A stretch of 32,000 nt of DNA from contig NZ_BBCG01000003.1 of the NCBI RefSeq assembly GCF_001311925.1, forward strand, positions 92,681 to 124,680, written 5' to 3'. Below the pieces are notes generated by a model that was not told the DNA's origin, made no database searches, and was given only the letters and a program-made list of their open reading frames with translations. The translations under genes were made by a program, and so were the position numbers. Shown in pieces: positions 1 to 8,475 of this stretch. The first letter of the stretch is position 1, and each line of letters opens with the position of its first letter. This DNA comes from Cellulosilyticum ruminicola JCM 14822 (GTDB taxonomy: Bacteria > Bacillota > Clostridia > Lachnospirales > Cellulosilyticaceae).

Positions 1-344
1 ATATCACCAATAACATCATTCATTACGTTTGCAACCATAGGTGCATTACGTACAAGCATAATGCTTTCTTGTGCACCTTTTACTTTTGCTGATGCCATAG
101 AATGAAAACTTACTTCATCTACTGAAACAACTGCATTGCCTATACCATCAAATATAATCCCTATTAAAATAATGCTGCTAAGCATTAAAAAAGCAATAAT
201 TAATGATACATCTGTCAATAAAACTTCAAAAATATAACTAAAAAGCATTGCAATTGTAAATGTCATTCCAACTGTAATCCCTAATGATCTAGGGGTTTGC
301 TTTTTAACCTTTACTTTCTTAAACTTTATTTTTTTGGCATACAT
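1..344 (-). CDS. Membrane protein, 5' part only (runs off the window); candidate OLE-associated protein OapA
   Basis: The minus-strand frame is open from ATG 344..342 (AAAGGAG just upstream) to base 1. It translates as MYAKKIKFKKVKVKKQTPRS, then two hydrophobic helices (LGITVGMTFTIAMLFSYIF and VSLIIAFLMLSSIILIGIIF), then ...NAPMVANVMNDVIGD. It is absent from the ORF track because it is truncated. The OapA call rests only on its position directly 3' of the putative OLE RNA and on its membrane topology. Confidence 0.55.
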   Translation of the reverse strand, partial: MYAKKIKFKKVKVKKQTPRSLGITVGMTFTIAMLFSYIFEVLLTDVSLIIAFLMLSSIILIGIIFDGIGNAVVSVDEVSFHSMASAKVKGAQESIMLVRNAPMVANVMNDVIGD

Positions 345-354
345 GTACTCCTTT

Positions 355-1005
355 TACGTCGCTAATCACCCACTTCTCAAAATATAAGATAATAGTTACT
401 GTAAATTTTGTGGCATATAGTCTAGCAGGATTTCCCAAGCAAGTACTTCTTTGTCGCCAAAGAAGCGGTTTCCCTTTAAACTCACCTCAATAAGCACAAA
501 ATAAATCCTATACTTTTTGCGCCAGATCACCTTAGTAACCACACTGTAATCCAATAACTCTCTCACAAAGAACGGTCTAGGAGTTTTCCTCAAAGCAATC
601 TAACATGCTCCTATCCTCTTTTGCGAACCAGGTTTCTATCAACAATCAACTAAATCTTTTGGCCGAAAATTTAACTGTAAATTGATGTCCCCCCTTCTTC
701 ACTCAAGGCAGGCTACACTACCCACAGCTATCACCGCATGGTAGGTTTAATCCTAAGTCGTACAACATTCCCTTAAGAGTGTGCACAAGCATAGGTCTCC
801 ACGGTAAAAGGGTCAACGCCCATATGCCTTATGGATCGCCCTCAAACCTTAACCCCCAGTATCAGCCCATAACGGGGCGTTACAAGCCAACACCAGGAAC
901 TTCATCGATATGCCCTCAAACGGATTTTTAGGCCCGTCTTCAAAGCACCTCAGATTGACTAGAATACCGCATCTTATTTTTTGAAAAGCACGTCATCAGT
1001 CGCTT
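355..1005 (-). ncRNA. ole: Candidate OLE (ornate, large, extremophilic) RNA; ends approximate
   Basis: This is about 650 nt between two tightly packed genes, with only one weak 65-aa ORF (396..593). By eye G+C is roughly half here versus about one third in the flanking genes. There are many short GC-rich complementary segments, for example CCATA-loop-TATGG at 820..834. A near-consensus promoter sits at its 5' side. The context ispA ... [RNA] ... small membrane protein matches the published ole-oapA neighbourhood. I could not check the consensus structure from memory. Confidence 0.6.
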
Positions 1006-1011
1006 TTAAAC

Positions 1012-1040
1012 ATTATAACAATAAGCCTACGTTTTTTCAA
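1012..1040 (-). promoter_or_regulatory. Sigma-A type promoter reading into the putative OLE RNA
   Basis: The minus strand reads TTGAAA (1040..1035), a 17-nt spacer, then TATAAT (1017..1012), with TGT immediately upstream of the -10 (extended -10 TGn). The predicted start is near 1005. The -35 lies inside an 8-bp inverted repeat, AAGCCTAC...GTAGGCTT (1050..1023), which begins at the stop codon of the upstream gene. Confidence 0.55.
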
Positions 1041-1049
1041 CGGTAGGCT

Positions 1050-1496
1050 TTATAGGAATGCACAAAGACCAACAACAATCCCTAAAATACATCCAGCAGC
1101 TACTTGAAGTGGTGTATGTCCTAAAATTTCTTTAAGACGCTGCTGTGCATCTAAACTAGGGTCTTCTAGTACTTTTATAATTTGATTAATCATTGCAGCT
1201 TGTTTACCTGCTTGTAAACGTACATTAGCTGCATCATACATTACAATAAAACTTAAAACTGCTGCAATTGCAAAATAACTGCTATCATAACCATTAACTT
1301 CCCCCACACCTATTGCAAGTGCTGTTACAAACGAGCTATGTGAACTTGGCATGCCACCTGATGCAACAAATTTTCCAAAGTCTATTTTACCCTCTTGTAC
1401 AAATGTAATGATAAATTTTAAAAGCTGCGCAATAAACCAACTGAGTATTGCTACTCCTAGAATTCTATTTGCAAATAACTCTGCAATTGTGTTCAT
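1050..1496 (-). CDS. DUF212 / divergent PAP2 (acid phosphatase, vanadium-haloperoxidase-related) membrane protein
   Basis: 148-aa ORF with a GGMPSSHSSFVTALA motif and several hydrophobic helices, typical of the YuiD/DUF212 family. ATG start at 1496 preceded by GAGGGTGGGG. It lies 10 nt downstream of the ispA stop. Confidence 0.8.
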   Translation of the reverse strand: MNTIAELFANRILGVAILSWFIAQLLKFIITFVQEGKIDFGKFVASGGMPSSHSSFVTALAIGVGEVNGYDSSYFAIAAVLSFIVMYDAANVRLQAGKQAAMINQIIKVLEDPSLDAQQRLKEILGHTPLQVAAGCILGIVVGLCAFL

Positions 1497-1506
1497 AACC
1501 CCACCC

Positions 1507-2385
1507 TCAATTTCTTCTTGTAATAAGCTTAACTGCTATTTCTTTAAGCAGCTGCGTATCTCCATCTATGTGCTCTAATACTTTGATTGCTTTTTCTGTA
1601 AGGTCTTGTGCAATTTTATAGCATTCTTCTACAGTATAAAAACTAAGGTAAGTTGTTTTATGATTTTTACTATCACTTTGAATCGTTTTTCCTAATTCTT
1701 CTATAGTTGATGTCTCATCAAGTACATCATCTATAATTTGGAATACCTTCCCTATATATCTACCATAGGCTTCTAAAGCAGCAATCTCCATTGCCGTTCC
1801 ATGTCCAAGAATAGCGCCCATTTTAGTCGCTGCAGCTAAAAGTGCTCCTGTTTTATTAAGGTGAATAAGTTCTAATGCCTCTATACTAATTTTCTTATTT
1901 TCACTGGCCATATCTAAGATTTGCCCACCAACCATACCTTCAGCACCACTGGCCAAACTTAACACATGTGCTGCACGTACTTTTGACATATCTTCAGATA
2001 TAAGTGCATCTTCTAACATAAGATTAAAAGCTTCTGTAAGAAGTGCATCTCCTGCTAAAATGGCAGTAGCTTCATCAAACTTTTTATGATTTGTGAGTTT
2101 TCCTCTACGATAATCATCATTATCCATAGCTGGTAAATCATCATGAATAAGTGAATATGTGTGTATCATCTCTATTGCACATAAAAACTTACTAATATCC
2201 TCTTTGCCCCCTACGCTTTCATAAGCTAGTTGCATAAGTACGGGTCTAATACGTTTACCACCAGCTTGTAAGCTATAATCCATAGCTTCATAAAGTCTTC
2301 TAAAATGATTTTCACTTGAAGACGGTAATGCTGAAGCTAAATACACATTTACTTTGTCCCTATATGCTGTATAATCTTGTGCCAA
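1507..2385 (-). CDS. ispA: Farnesyl/geranyl diphosphate synthase (polyprenyl synthetase family)
   Basis: 292 aa with both aspartate-rich motifs (LIHDDLPAMDNDDYRRG and FQIIDDVLD). TTG start 6 nt after an AGGGGGA Shine-Dalgarno sequence. Follows xseB, as in Bacillus and Clostridium. Confidence 0.92.
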   Translation of the reverse strand: MAQDYTAYRDKVNVYLASALPSSSENHFRRLYEAMDYSLQAGGKRIRPVLMQLAYESVGGKEDISKFLCAIEMIHTYSLIHDDLPAMDNDDYRRGKLTNHKKFDEATAILAGDALLTEAFNLMLEDALISEDMSKVRAAHVLSLASGAEGMVGGQILDMASENKKISIEALELIHLNKTGALLAAATKMGAILGHGTAMEIAALEAYGRYIGKVFQIIDDVLDETSTIEELGKTIQSDSKNHKTTYLSFYTVEECYKIAQDLTEKAIKVLEHIDGDTQLLKEIAVKLITRRN

Positions 2386-2387
2386 AC

Positions 2388-2609
2388 TTAGTCCCCCTGT
2401 TCTATTTTGTGATATTGTCCTTGCTCATATACATAAATCTCTTGCTCTGCTTTTGCTAATATTTCATTACAAAAAGCTGCAAGCTCCATGCCTTTCTTAT
2501 ATTCTTTAATACTTTCTTCTAAAGTAATCTCACCATTTTCTAAGCGTCTTACACTTTCTTCTAGTGCTAAAATCGCCTCTTCAAAATTCTTTGCTGGTTT
2601 TCTAGCCAT
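2388..2609 (-). CDS. xseB: Exodeoxyribonuclease VII small subunit
   Basis: 73-aa helical protein (FEEAILALEESVRRLENGEITLEESIKEYKKGMEL). It overlaps the xseA stop by 8 nt. Confidence 0.92.
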   Translation of the reverse strand: MARKPAKNFEEAILALEESVRRLENGEITLEESIKEYKKGMELAAFCNEILAKAEQEIYVYEQGQYHKIEQGD

Positions 2610-3831
2610 GTTTTACTTCCTCCTTGTGTGTTACTGCCTCAGAAAATACATTTACTAAGAAACTACCATCTGCTACTGTAATTTTAAGTTTTTCTTCCTG
2701 TCTTGCATCTTTAACAGACTTTACAATTTGGCCTTTTTCATCTTCCACAAGGGCATATCCTCTTTTTAAAGTATTTAAAGGTGAGAGTTTTTCTAACTTT
2801 TGCAACGCAATCTCATATGCCTTACTGCTTTCATGCACTTTTTTTGTAAACCCATAATTTAAAGCCTGCATAAGGTGATCCACCTCCTGCATTTTACTCT
2901 TATAAAATAAATCTTTTCGTTCATAAATAGGCCTACTTGTTAAGTAGTTTAACTGATTACGTGCATTTTTAAGGCATTCTGAAATTGTATACTGCATATT
3001 TTCCTTCATACGTTTAATACGCGCTTCTAATTCTTCTTGTGATGGAATAACTATTTCTGCTGCTGCTGAAGGTGTAGCAGCTCTTTTATCACTTACAAAA
3101 TCAGAGATGGTAAAGTCTATCTCATGGCCCACCGCAGATACTATAGGAATTTCTGATTCAAAAATTGCCCATGCTACTGCCTCTTCATTGAAAGCCCATA
3201 AGTCTTCTATAGACCCACCACCTCTGCCTAATATGATTACATCTACCTTTTTTTCTTCATTCGCCATTCTAATGGCTTCTACAATCTCACCTACTGCATA
3301 TTCTCCTTGTACATGTACTGGATAAATATAAAGTGGAATACTTTTGCAACGTCTATTTGATACTTGTCTAATATCTTGAATAGCTGCACCTGTACTTGAT
3401 GTAATAACGCCTACACGCTTCGGAAACTTCGGCAACTGTCTTTTATATTTTTCATCAAATAAACCTTCATTAGCTAGTTTTAGCTTAAGGGCTTCAAATC
3501 TTTCATAAAGAATACCCATCCCTTGTTTTTCAATATCCTGCACATATGCTTGATATCCACCTGTTTTTTCATAAATGGTAATGCGTACACGTGCATATAT
3601 TTTCATGCCTTCTGTTAGTCTAAAAGAGAGCTTTTTAGCATCTCTTTCAAACATCACAGCATTAATACCAGCTCTTTCATCTTTGATTGTAAAATACACA
3701 TGTCCTGAATGATGATATTTACAGTTTGAAACTTCACCTTGAAGCCATAAATCATTTAACATATAGTCTTCTTCAATGAGATGACTCACATAACGATTCA
3801 CTTCCCATACAGATACAATTTTTCTTTTCAT
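2602..3831 (-). CDS. xseA: Exodeoxyribonuclease VII large subunit
   Basis: 409 aa with an N-terminal OB-fold pattern (VWEVNRYVSHLIE...LWLQGEVSN...HSGHVYFTIKD) and a catalytic core (GVITSSTGAAIQDI, RGGGSIEDLWAFNEE, SAVGHEIDFTISDFVSD). Confidence 0.95.
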   Translation of the reverse strand: MKRKIVSVWEVNRYVSHLIEEDYMLNDLWLQGEVSNCKYHHSGHVYFTIKDERAGINAVMFERDAKKLSFRLTEGMKIYARVRITIYEKTGGYQAYVQDIEKQGMGILYERFEALKLKLANEGLFDEKYKRQLPKFPKRVGVITSSTGAAIQDIRQVSNRRCKSIPLYIYPVHVQGEYAVGEIVEAIRMANEEKKVDVIILGRGGGSIEDLWAFNEEAVAWAIFESEIPIVSAVGHEIDFTISDFVSDKRAATPSAAAEIVIPSQEELEARIKRMKENMQYTISECLKNARNQLNYLTSRPIYERKDLFYKSKMQEVDHLMQALNYGFTKKVHESSKAYEIALQKLEKLSPLNTLKRGYALVEDEKGQIVKSVKDARQEEKLKITVADGSFLVNVFSEAVTHKEEVKHG

Positions 3832-3849
3832 CTTAAGCCTCTACTTTGT

Positions 3850-4266
3850 TTATGCTTCTGCTTTTTTAAGCACACTTCCTAATACCCCATTAATAAATTT
3901 AGGAGATTTTTCTGTACTATATAATTTTGCAATTTCAATTGCTTCATTTACAGCTACTTTATGTGGTACATCTGTGTATTTAAGTTCATAGATTGCAAGT
4001 CTTAAAATGCTAAGATCTACTTTGGCAATACGACTAATGCTCCAGTTTGTTGCTGATTCAATAATTGCTGCATCAATTACTTCTTTGTGGTTAAGTACAC
4101 CATAGTAAGTATCTTGAATAAATTGAACAAGTCCTTTACTTACATACTCTGTTTCTTTTACCATTTCCATTTTTTCGTTATAGAGACGATCAAAATCTTG
4201 TTCTTCATGGAATATCCCCTCATATAACATTTGCATAATTAATTCTCTCGCACTACGTCTAGTCAT
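3850..4266 (-). CDS. nusB: Transcription antitermination factor NusB
   Basis: 138 aa starting [14 protein letters not shown] and ending ...[26 protein letters not shown], typical of NusB. Confidence 0.92.
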   Translation of the reverse strand: MTRRSARELIMQMLYEGIFHEEQDFDRLYNEKMEMVKETEYVSKGLVQFIQDTYYGVLNHKEVIDAAIIESATNWSISRIAKVDLSILRLAIYELKYTDVPHKVAVNEAIEIAKLYSTEKSPKFINGVLGSVLKKAEA

Positions 4267-4289
4267 TTTTTCCTCCTACTACTTCGCTC

Positions 4290-4670
4290 TTACTCTTCTT
4301 GAGCTTTATCAAAACTTACACCTACAACGTGTACATTAACTGATACAACTTTTAAACCAGTCATTGTTTCAACTGAGTTTTTGATTTTTTCTTGAATTTC
4401 TAAGCATACTTTATGAATTTTAACGCCATATTTTACAATAACGGCTACATCTATAAAAACTTCAGATTCTCCAACTTCTACTTTGATACCTTTAGATTTC
4501 TTTTTACCGCTAATAGCTTGTACAAAATCTGCTTTGCTTGGAGCAGTACCTACTACACCTACAACTTCTAAAGTAGCAATCTCTGCAATTACTGCAATTA
4601 CATCATCTGCAATTTGAACTTGGTCCATTTCACATGCTGTCTCAAGTCCTACGATTTTTTGTTCGTCCAT
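4290..4670 (-). CDS. Asp23/Gls24 family envelope or alkaline-shock stress protein
   Basis: 126 aa with IADDVIAVIAEIATLEVVGVVG and a C-terminal VNVHVVGV pattern. It occupies the position of yqhY upstream of nusB. AGGAGG Shine-Dalgarno sequence upstream. Confidence 0.85.
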   Translation of the reverse strand: MDEQKIVGLETACEMDQVQIADDVIAVIAEIATLEVVGVVGTAPSKADFVQAISGKKKSKGIKVEVGESEVFIDVAVIVKYGVKIHKVCLEIQEKIKNSVETMTGLKVVSVNVHVVGVSFDKAQEE

Positions 4671-4711
4671 CTTAATACCTCCTATAGCAATAGCTTCATA
4701 CTTATGTTCCT

Positions 4712-4740
4712 ATTATATACAAAAAAGATAAGGGTTGCAA
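4712..4740 (-). promoter_or_regulatory. Sigma-A type promoter for the asp23-nusB-xseAB-ispA unit
   Basis: The minus strand reads TTGCAA (4740..4735), a 17-nt spacer, then TATAAT (4717..4712). It lies about 40 nt upstream of the asp23 ATG and just downstream of the spoIIIAH terminator. Confidence 0.5.
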
Positions 4741-4847
4741 TTTTATTTTGATGTCCCTTTTAAAAAAGAAAACTCTTTTAACAGTATCACATATTTTTTA
4801 ATAAATATTCACTTTTTCAGACAAGCTGCTTCTTATACTTAATCTTA

Positions 4848-4896
4848 TTACAAAAATAAAGGATACTTATGCTCTTACATAAGTATCCTTTATTTT
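4848..4896 (-). terminator. Rho-independent terminator after spoIIIAH
   Basis: Perfect 14-bp stem AAAGGATACTTATG / CATAAGTATCCTTT (4858..4871 and 4878..4891) with a 6-nt loop. It is extended by A/T pairs and followed on the minus strand by a T-run. Confidence 0.8.
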
Positions 4897-4909
4897 AATT
4901 TCTTCACAT

Positions 4910-5680
4910 TTAGTTATTCTCTGCACTATTAAGTGGTGTAATTTTAATTTTACCTACACTAAAGCCTGTTTTACGATTTACAATTTCCTCTATTTGTGTA
5001 ATATCTGTATCACTTAATTCACTTTTACTTACAACTACATCAACGCCATCATCATCAATGCGTACATAAACTTCTTTGAAGCCTTTTGCACGAAGAAGTG
5101 CTTCTGCACCACTTTCTTTTTCAATGCGTTCTTGAATCTCAAGTAAATTTTCTGCTGCTTTTGCTTTTGTCTCTTGGTCTAAATTTTCATTTGCTACATA
5201 TTCTGTTAATTTTTCAACTTGCTGTGCACGACTTTGCTCACGCAATAATTTTTCTTCTGCAAAATAATCATCGCCTGCTACTGCCCCTGATTTATTATTA
5301 TTTACTGCTGCTACTTCACTTGTTGACTCTTTCTTTGTAATAAGTGCTTGGAAGCTTTGTCCACCTGTTAACTCTTCCTCTGGAAGTACACCATTACTTT
5401 GCAGTTTATCTATATCTTCCTTGTCTGTTTCTGTTTGTGCGACTTCATTATTATTACTTTCTACACCACTAGATAAAGCTTCTTTGGTCTTTTCTGTTGT
5501 AGCATCATAAGACTCAAAGAAATCTTCTTCCTCTGGTAAATTCTTTTCATTGAATGCTGTATTATCTACCAGATTCATAGGTATATTACCATTTGGCTCT
5601 TGTGTGTTTAAATAAGCTGCAATGGCAATCATAAACACTAGTAATGTAATAATTACTTGATTTCTTTTCACATTAAACAT
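4910..5680 (-). CDS. spoIIIAH: Stage III sporulation protein AH
   Basis: 256 aa with an N-terminal transmembrane helix, a long acidic linker, and a C-terminal SpoIIIAH-like domain (AEALLRAKGFKEVYVRIDDDGVDVVVSKSELSD...IEEIV). It is the last gene of the spoIIIA operon. Confidence 0.85.
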   Translation of the reverse strand: MFNVKRNQVIITLLVFMIAIAAYLNTQEPNGNIPMNLVDNTAFNEKNLPEEEDFFESYDATTEKTKEALSSGVESNNNEVAQTETDKEDIDKLQSNGVLPEEELTGGQSFQALITKKESTSEVAAVNNNKSGAVAGDDYFAEEKLLREQSRAQQVEKLTEYVANENLDQETKAKAAENLLEIQERIEKESGAEALLRAKGFKEVYVRIDDDGVDVVVSKSELSDTDITQIEEIVNRKTGFSVGKIKITPLNSAENN

Positions 5681-5692
5681 TTTCTCTTCCCC

Positions 5693-6262
5693 CTAACATT
5701 GTTTTTTTAATACAGATACTTTATGTACTGGAACATCTAATAGATTTGCAACAGACTCAATAATTTGACTTCTTATGTTACTATTATCTGCTCCTTCAGC
5801 TAGTATCAGTACCCCTTTAATTGTTGGCTTATTTTCCTTGACAACATAAGGTGTATTACCACTTTGCATAACAATTTTTTGATTACTACTATTTGTCATA
5901 CTGTTTCTCGTACCACCTGCTTGATCTTTTTCCTCCGTTTGTTGATTATTAGATGTAGTATCAGCTGCCAATACTTTTTCTTCATTTGAGTAAGTTGTAA
6001 CCATAACGCTTACTTGACCCACCCCTTCCATCTTCTCTAAGATGGCTACAAGCCTTTTTTCGATTTGCTGTTCATAATTCGTTTCTGTACGTGCTGTGCT
6101 TTTTACAGTTTGAACTGTGGTGTTGTTTTTTGAATGATTACCTCCAGGAAGCGGTATAAATGTAATTGCAATTCCTGCTATAGCCAAACCAACAGCAATC
6201 AATAAATACTTTTTGTTTTTGCTCTCCTTACTAATTTCATCCAGTTTACCCTTAACCCCCAT
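5693..6262 (-). CDS. spoIIIAG: Stage III sporulation protein AG
   Basis: 189 aa with an N-terminal transmembrane helix and a conserved C-terminus (KPTIKGVLILAEGADNSNIRSQIIESVANLLDVPVHKVSVL). Position in the operon fits. Confidence 0.88.
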   Translation of the reverse strand: MGVKGKLDEISKESKNKKYLLIAVGLAIAGIAITFIPLPGGNHSKNNTTVQTVKSTARTETNYEQQIEKRLVAILEKMEGVGQVSVMVTTYSNEEKVLAADTTSNNQQTEEKDQAGGTRNSMTNSSNQKIVMQSGNTPYVVKENKPTIKGVLILAEGADNSNIRSQIIESVANLLDVPVHKVSVLKKQC

Positions 6263-6274
6263 ATGCGTCCCTCC

Positions 6275-6853
6275 TTAATTCTTTTGTACTGTAATATATA
6301 TATTACAGTCTTGTACGTTATAGAAGTTATTAAGACAAGTTTTTATTTTATTTTTTAATTTTTCTTCATCTCCATCTATAGTGTCACTTTTGTTGCCAAT
6401 ATGTATGGGTACTATCTCAATAAGTGATTTTTTCTTTTTATCCCCAATTGTCAGATAAATTTCTTTTATACTCATCTCTTCATCACACGTAATTTCTATA
6501 TCACTTATCCCTATTTGCAATTCTTTTTCTATAGCTGTTTTTATTCCCTGTCTATAAACTTCTTTCAAACCCTCTTGCTGCATATCTACTTCTTCTTGAT
6601 AATCTATTTTATTATCATCTTCTAAAAGCCCTAACTGCTTCTCATAACGCTGAATATATGTCTCATAGCTTTCATTCCCACTTGGCAAGAGTCCTATAAT
6701 TGGACGCAACATGGTATAAACTAATATACAGCCTAAAACCATTTTTACATATTTACGGTAGTCCGTATCAGGGAATATCATTTCAATGATGACAACAAAT
6801 AACATCATCCAAATGAGCATCTGCATATATCCTCTTATTTGCTCCATGTTCAT
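6275..6853 (-). CDS. spoIIIAF: Stage III sporulation protein AF
   Basis: 192 aa with two N-terminal transmembrane helices and the FPDTDYRKYVKMVLGCILVYTMLRPI pattern. Position in the operon fits. Confidence 0.85.
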   Translation of the reverse strand: MNMEQIRGYMQMLIWMMLFVVIIEMIFPDTDYRKYVKMVLGCILVYTMLRPIIGLLPSGNESYETYIQRYEKQLGLLEDDNKIDYQEEVDMQQEGLKEVYRQGIKTAIEKELQIGISDIEITCDEEMSIKEIYLTIGDKKKKSLIEIVPIHIGNKSDTIDGDEEKLKNKIKTCLNNFYNVQDCNIYITVQKN

Positions 6854-6860
6854 CCCTTCC

Positions 6861-8033
6861 TTATCCTATTTGACCTCCTACACTCATACATATAATCAAA
6901 ACAAGTACACATAAAACTGTTACAATACCTACACAGCTCATAATAAATTGACACCCTTTAGCAAGCTTTAATGCAATGTCTGCCATTTTCTTGTCTCCTA
7001 TAGGCTCAATAACAGCTCCTGCAACTTGATAAACAATGATATAAGCTAAAATTTTAATAAGCGGTACACTTACAATGACTAAGAGCCAAAAAACAACGGC
7101 TATGGCAAATGTATTTTTAACAAGCCCTAACACACCTATAACAAATTCTAAAGCACCATTAGTCGCATTTCCTACTACTGGAATAAATGCTGTAGCCAAC
7201 TTTAGCGTGGACTTTTTAAGTGCCACATCCACATATGGTAAGGTCATACGGTACATTCCCAATAAAGAAATACTAATACCTACAATAGAAACAAGTAGCC
7301 ATTTAATCCCTTTATAAAAAAGTTTTATAAAATTACTAATCTTAAATTCACTACTCATAGTACTAATAAGCTCCAAAATAACCACAGAAATAATGCAAGG
7401 TAATACTACATTCAAAATAATCGTACTACATACATCCAGTCCTGATACAATTACTGGGGCCATAGCAGCTGTAGCACTAATATAACCTGTTGTCGTCATA
7501 AAAGCCAAAAGGGTAGGCAAACAAACATACATCACTTCACAAAGATGATGAATGGTATCTGTTGCCAAATTCACCATAATACTAAAAGATTGCACAATAC
7601 TTAAAATAATCACCATATAACATACAAAAAATGCTATTTTACTAATAGCTTTAGTTTTGAATGAAGTGGTCAAAACTTGTAGCAGATTGCATAAAAGCAC
7701 AATTAATATAAAACGTGCCCCTACTTGTACAAACACTCCAACTTCGTTAAAAATACTTTTTCCAACAAATCCCAAAACATTTCTTACACTTAGTTTTTTT
7801 TCACCATTTAATAAACTCAGCATCTCTTCTTTTAAATTAAAGTTTTCATTTCCTGGAAGTGCTGTTTGTAACTTATCTTGCAAATTCTCTATCTGCTCCC
7901 AATTAAATAACCCTACACCATAATTTAAAATTTCATGCGTTCCTTCACTTGTTTCTGCCTTTGTTGAAATCATACAAAAAATAAAACTTATTAATAATAC
8001 AATCACTAAACTTATAATTTTCTTTTGTCTCAT
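6861..8033 (-). CDS. spoIIIAE: Stage III sporulation protein AE (polytopic membrane protein)
   Basis: 390 aa with a signal-like N-terminus followed by many transmembrane helices. Size and position match spoIIIAE. Confidence 0.88.
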   Translation of the reverse strand: MRQKKIISLVIVLLISFIFCMISTKAETSEGTHEILNYGVGLFNWEQIENLQDKLQTALPGNENFNLKEEMLSLLNGEKKLSVRNVLGFVGKSIFNEVGVFVQVGARFILIVLLCNLLQVLTTSFKTKAISKIAFFVCYMVIILSIVQSFSIMVNLATDTIHHLCEVMYVCLPTLLAFMTTTGYISATAAMAPVIVSGLDVCSTIILNVVLPCIISVVILELISTMSSEFKISNFIKLFYKGIKWLLVSIVGISISLLGMYRMTLPYVDVALKKSTLKLATAFIPVVGNATNGALEFVIGVLGLVKNTFAIAVVFWLLVIVSVPLIKILAYIIVYQVAGAVIEPIGDKKMADIALKLAKGCQFIMSCVGIVTVLCVLVLIICMSVGGQIG

Positions 8034-8061
8034 CTTTTCACCTTCTATCCGCTTAAGTTTC

Positions 8062-8454
8062 TCATAATAAATTGGTGATCATCTCAATAAGTGCAAAAAT
8101 AACTGGTGCTGCTACTACAAAAATCATAACCTTACCGGCGAATTGTACAGCACTTCCTATAGCATCTTCACTAGCGTCTTTACAAAGTTGATAACCAAAC
8201 TCTGCAAGATACGCAATGCCTACCACTTTTAATACAATATTTAAGTAAATATTATCCATCCGAATACGTGCTGCTAGATCATAAATAATTTCAATAACCG
8301 TTCTAAGCTGAGTTGCAATGAAAGTAAGCAAAATAATAGATGCCACAAGTCGAATAAATATCGAGATTTCACTGCCATAAGCAGCACTTTTTGTAAAAAG
8401 CTTAATTAGTAACGTGGTGGCCACTGCAAAACAAATCAACCTGACAATTTCCAT
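8062..8454 (-). CDS. spoIIIAD: Stage III sporulation protein AD
   Basis: 130-aa four-helix membrane protein (VGIAYLAEFGYQLCKDASEDAIGSAVQFAGKV). Position in the operon fits. Confidence 0.88.
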   Translation of the reverse strand: MEIVRLICFAVATTLLIKLFTKSAAYGSEISIFIRLVASIILLTFIATQLRTVIEIIYDLAARIRMDNIYLNIVLKVVGIAYLAEFGYQLCKDASEDAIGSAVQFAGKVMIFVVAAPVIFALIEMITNLL

Positions 8455-8475
8455 ATAAACCTCTCCTTAAGTCTG

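Noticed and set aside
580-591. GAGGAAAACUCC on the minus strand, reminiscent of the RNase P RNA P4 motif GAGGAAAGUCC
   Set aside because: The match is imperfect. The motif sits in the 3' third of the putative transcript rather than near the 5' end, and the region is longer than an RNase P RNA. The ispA/membrane-protein synteny points to OLE instead.
396-593. 65-aa minus-strand ORF (MRKTPRPFFVRELLDY...) inside the GC-rich region
   Set aside because: There is no Shine-Dalgarno sequence in front of it and no recognisable family. It lies within the region better explained as a structured RNA, and it is most likely a chance ORF in locally GC-richer sequence.
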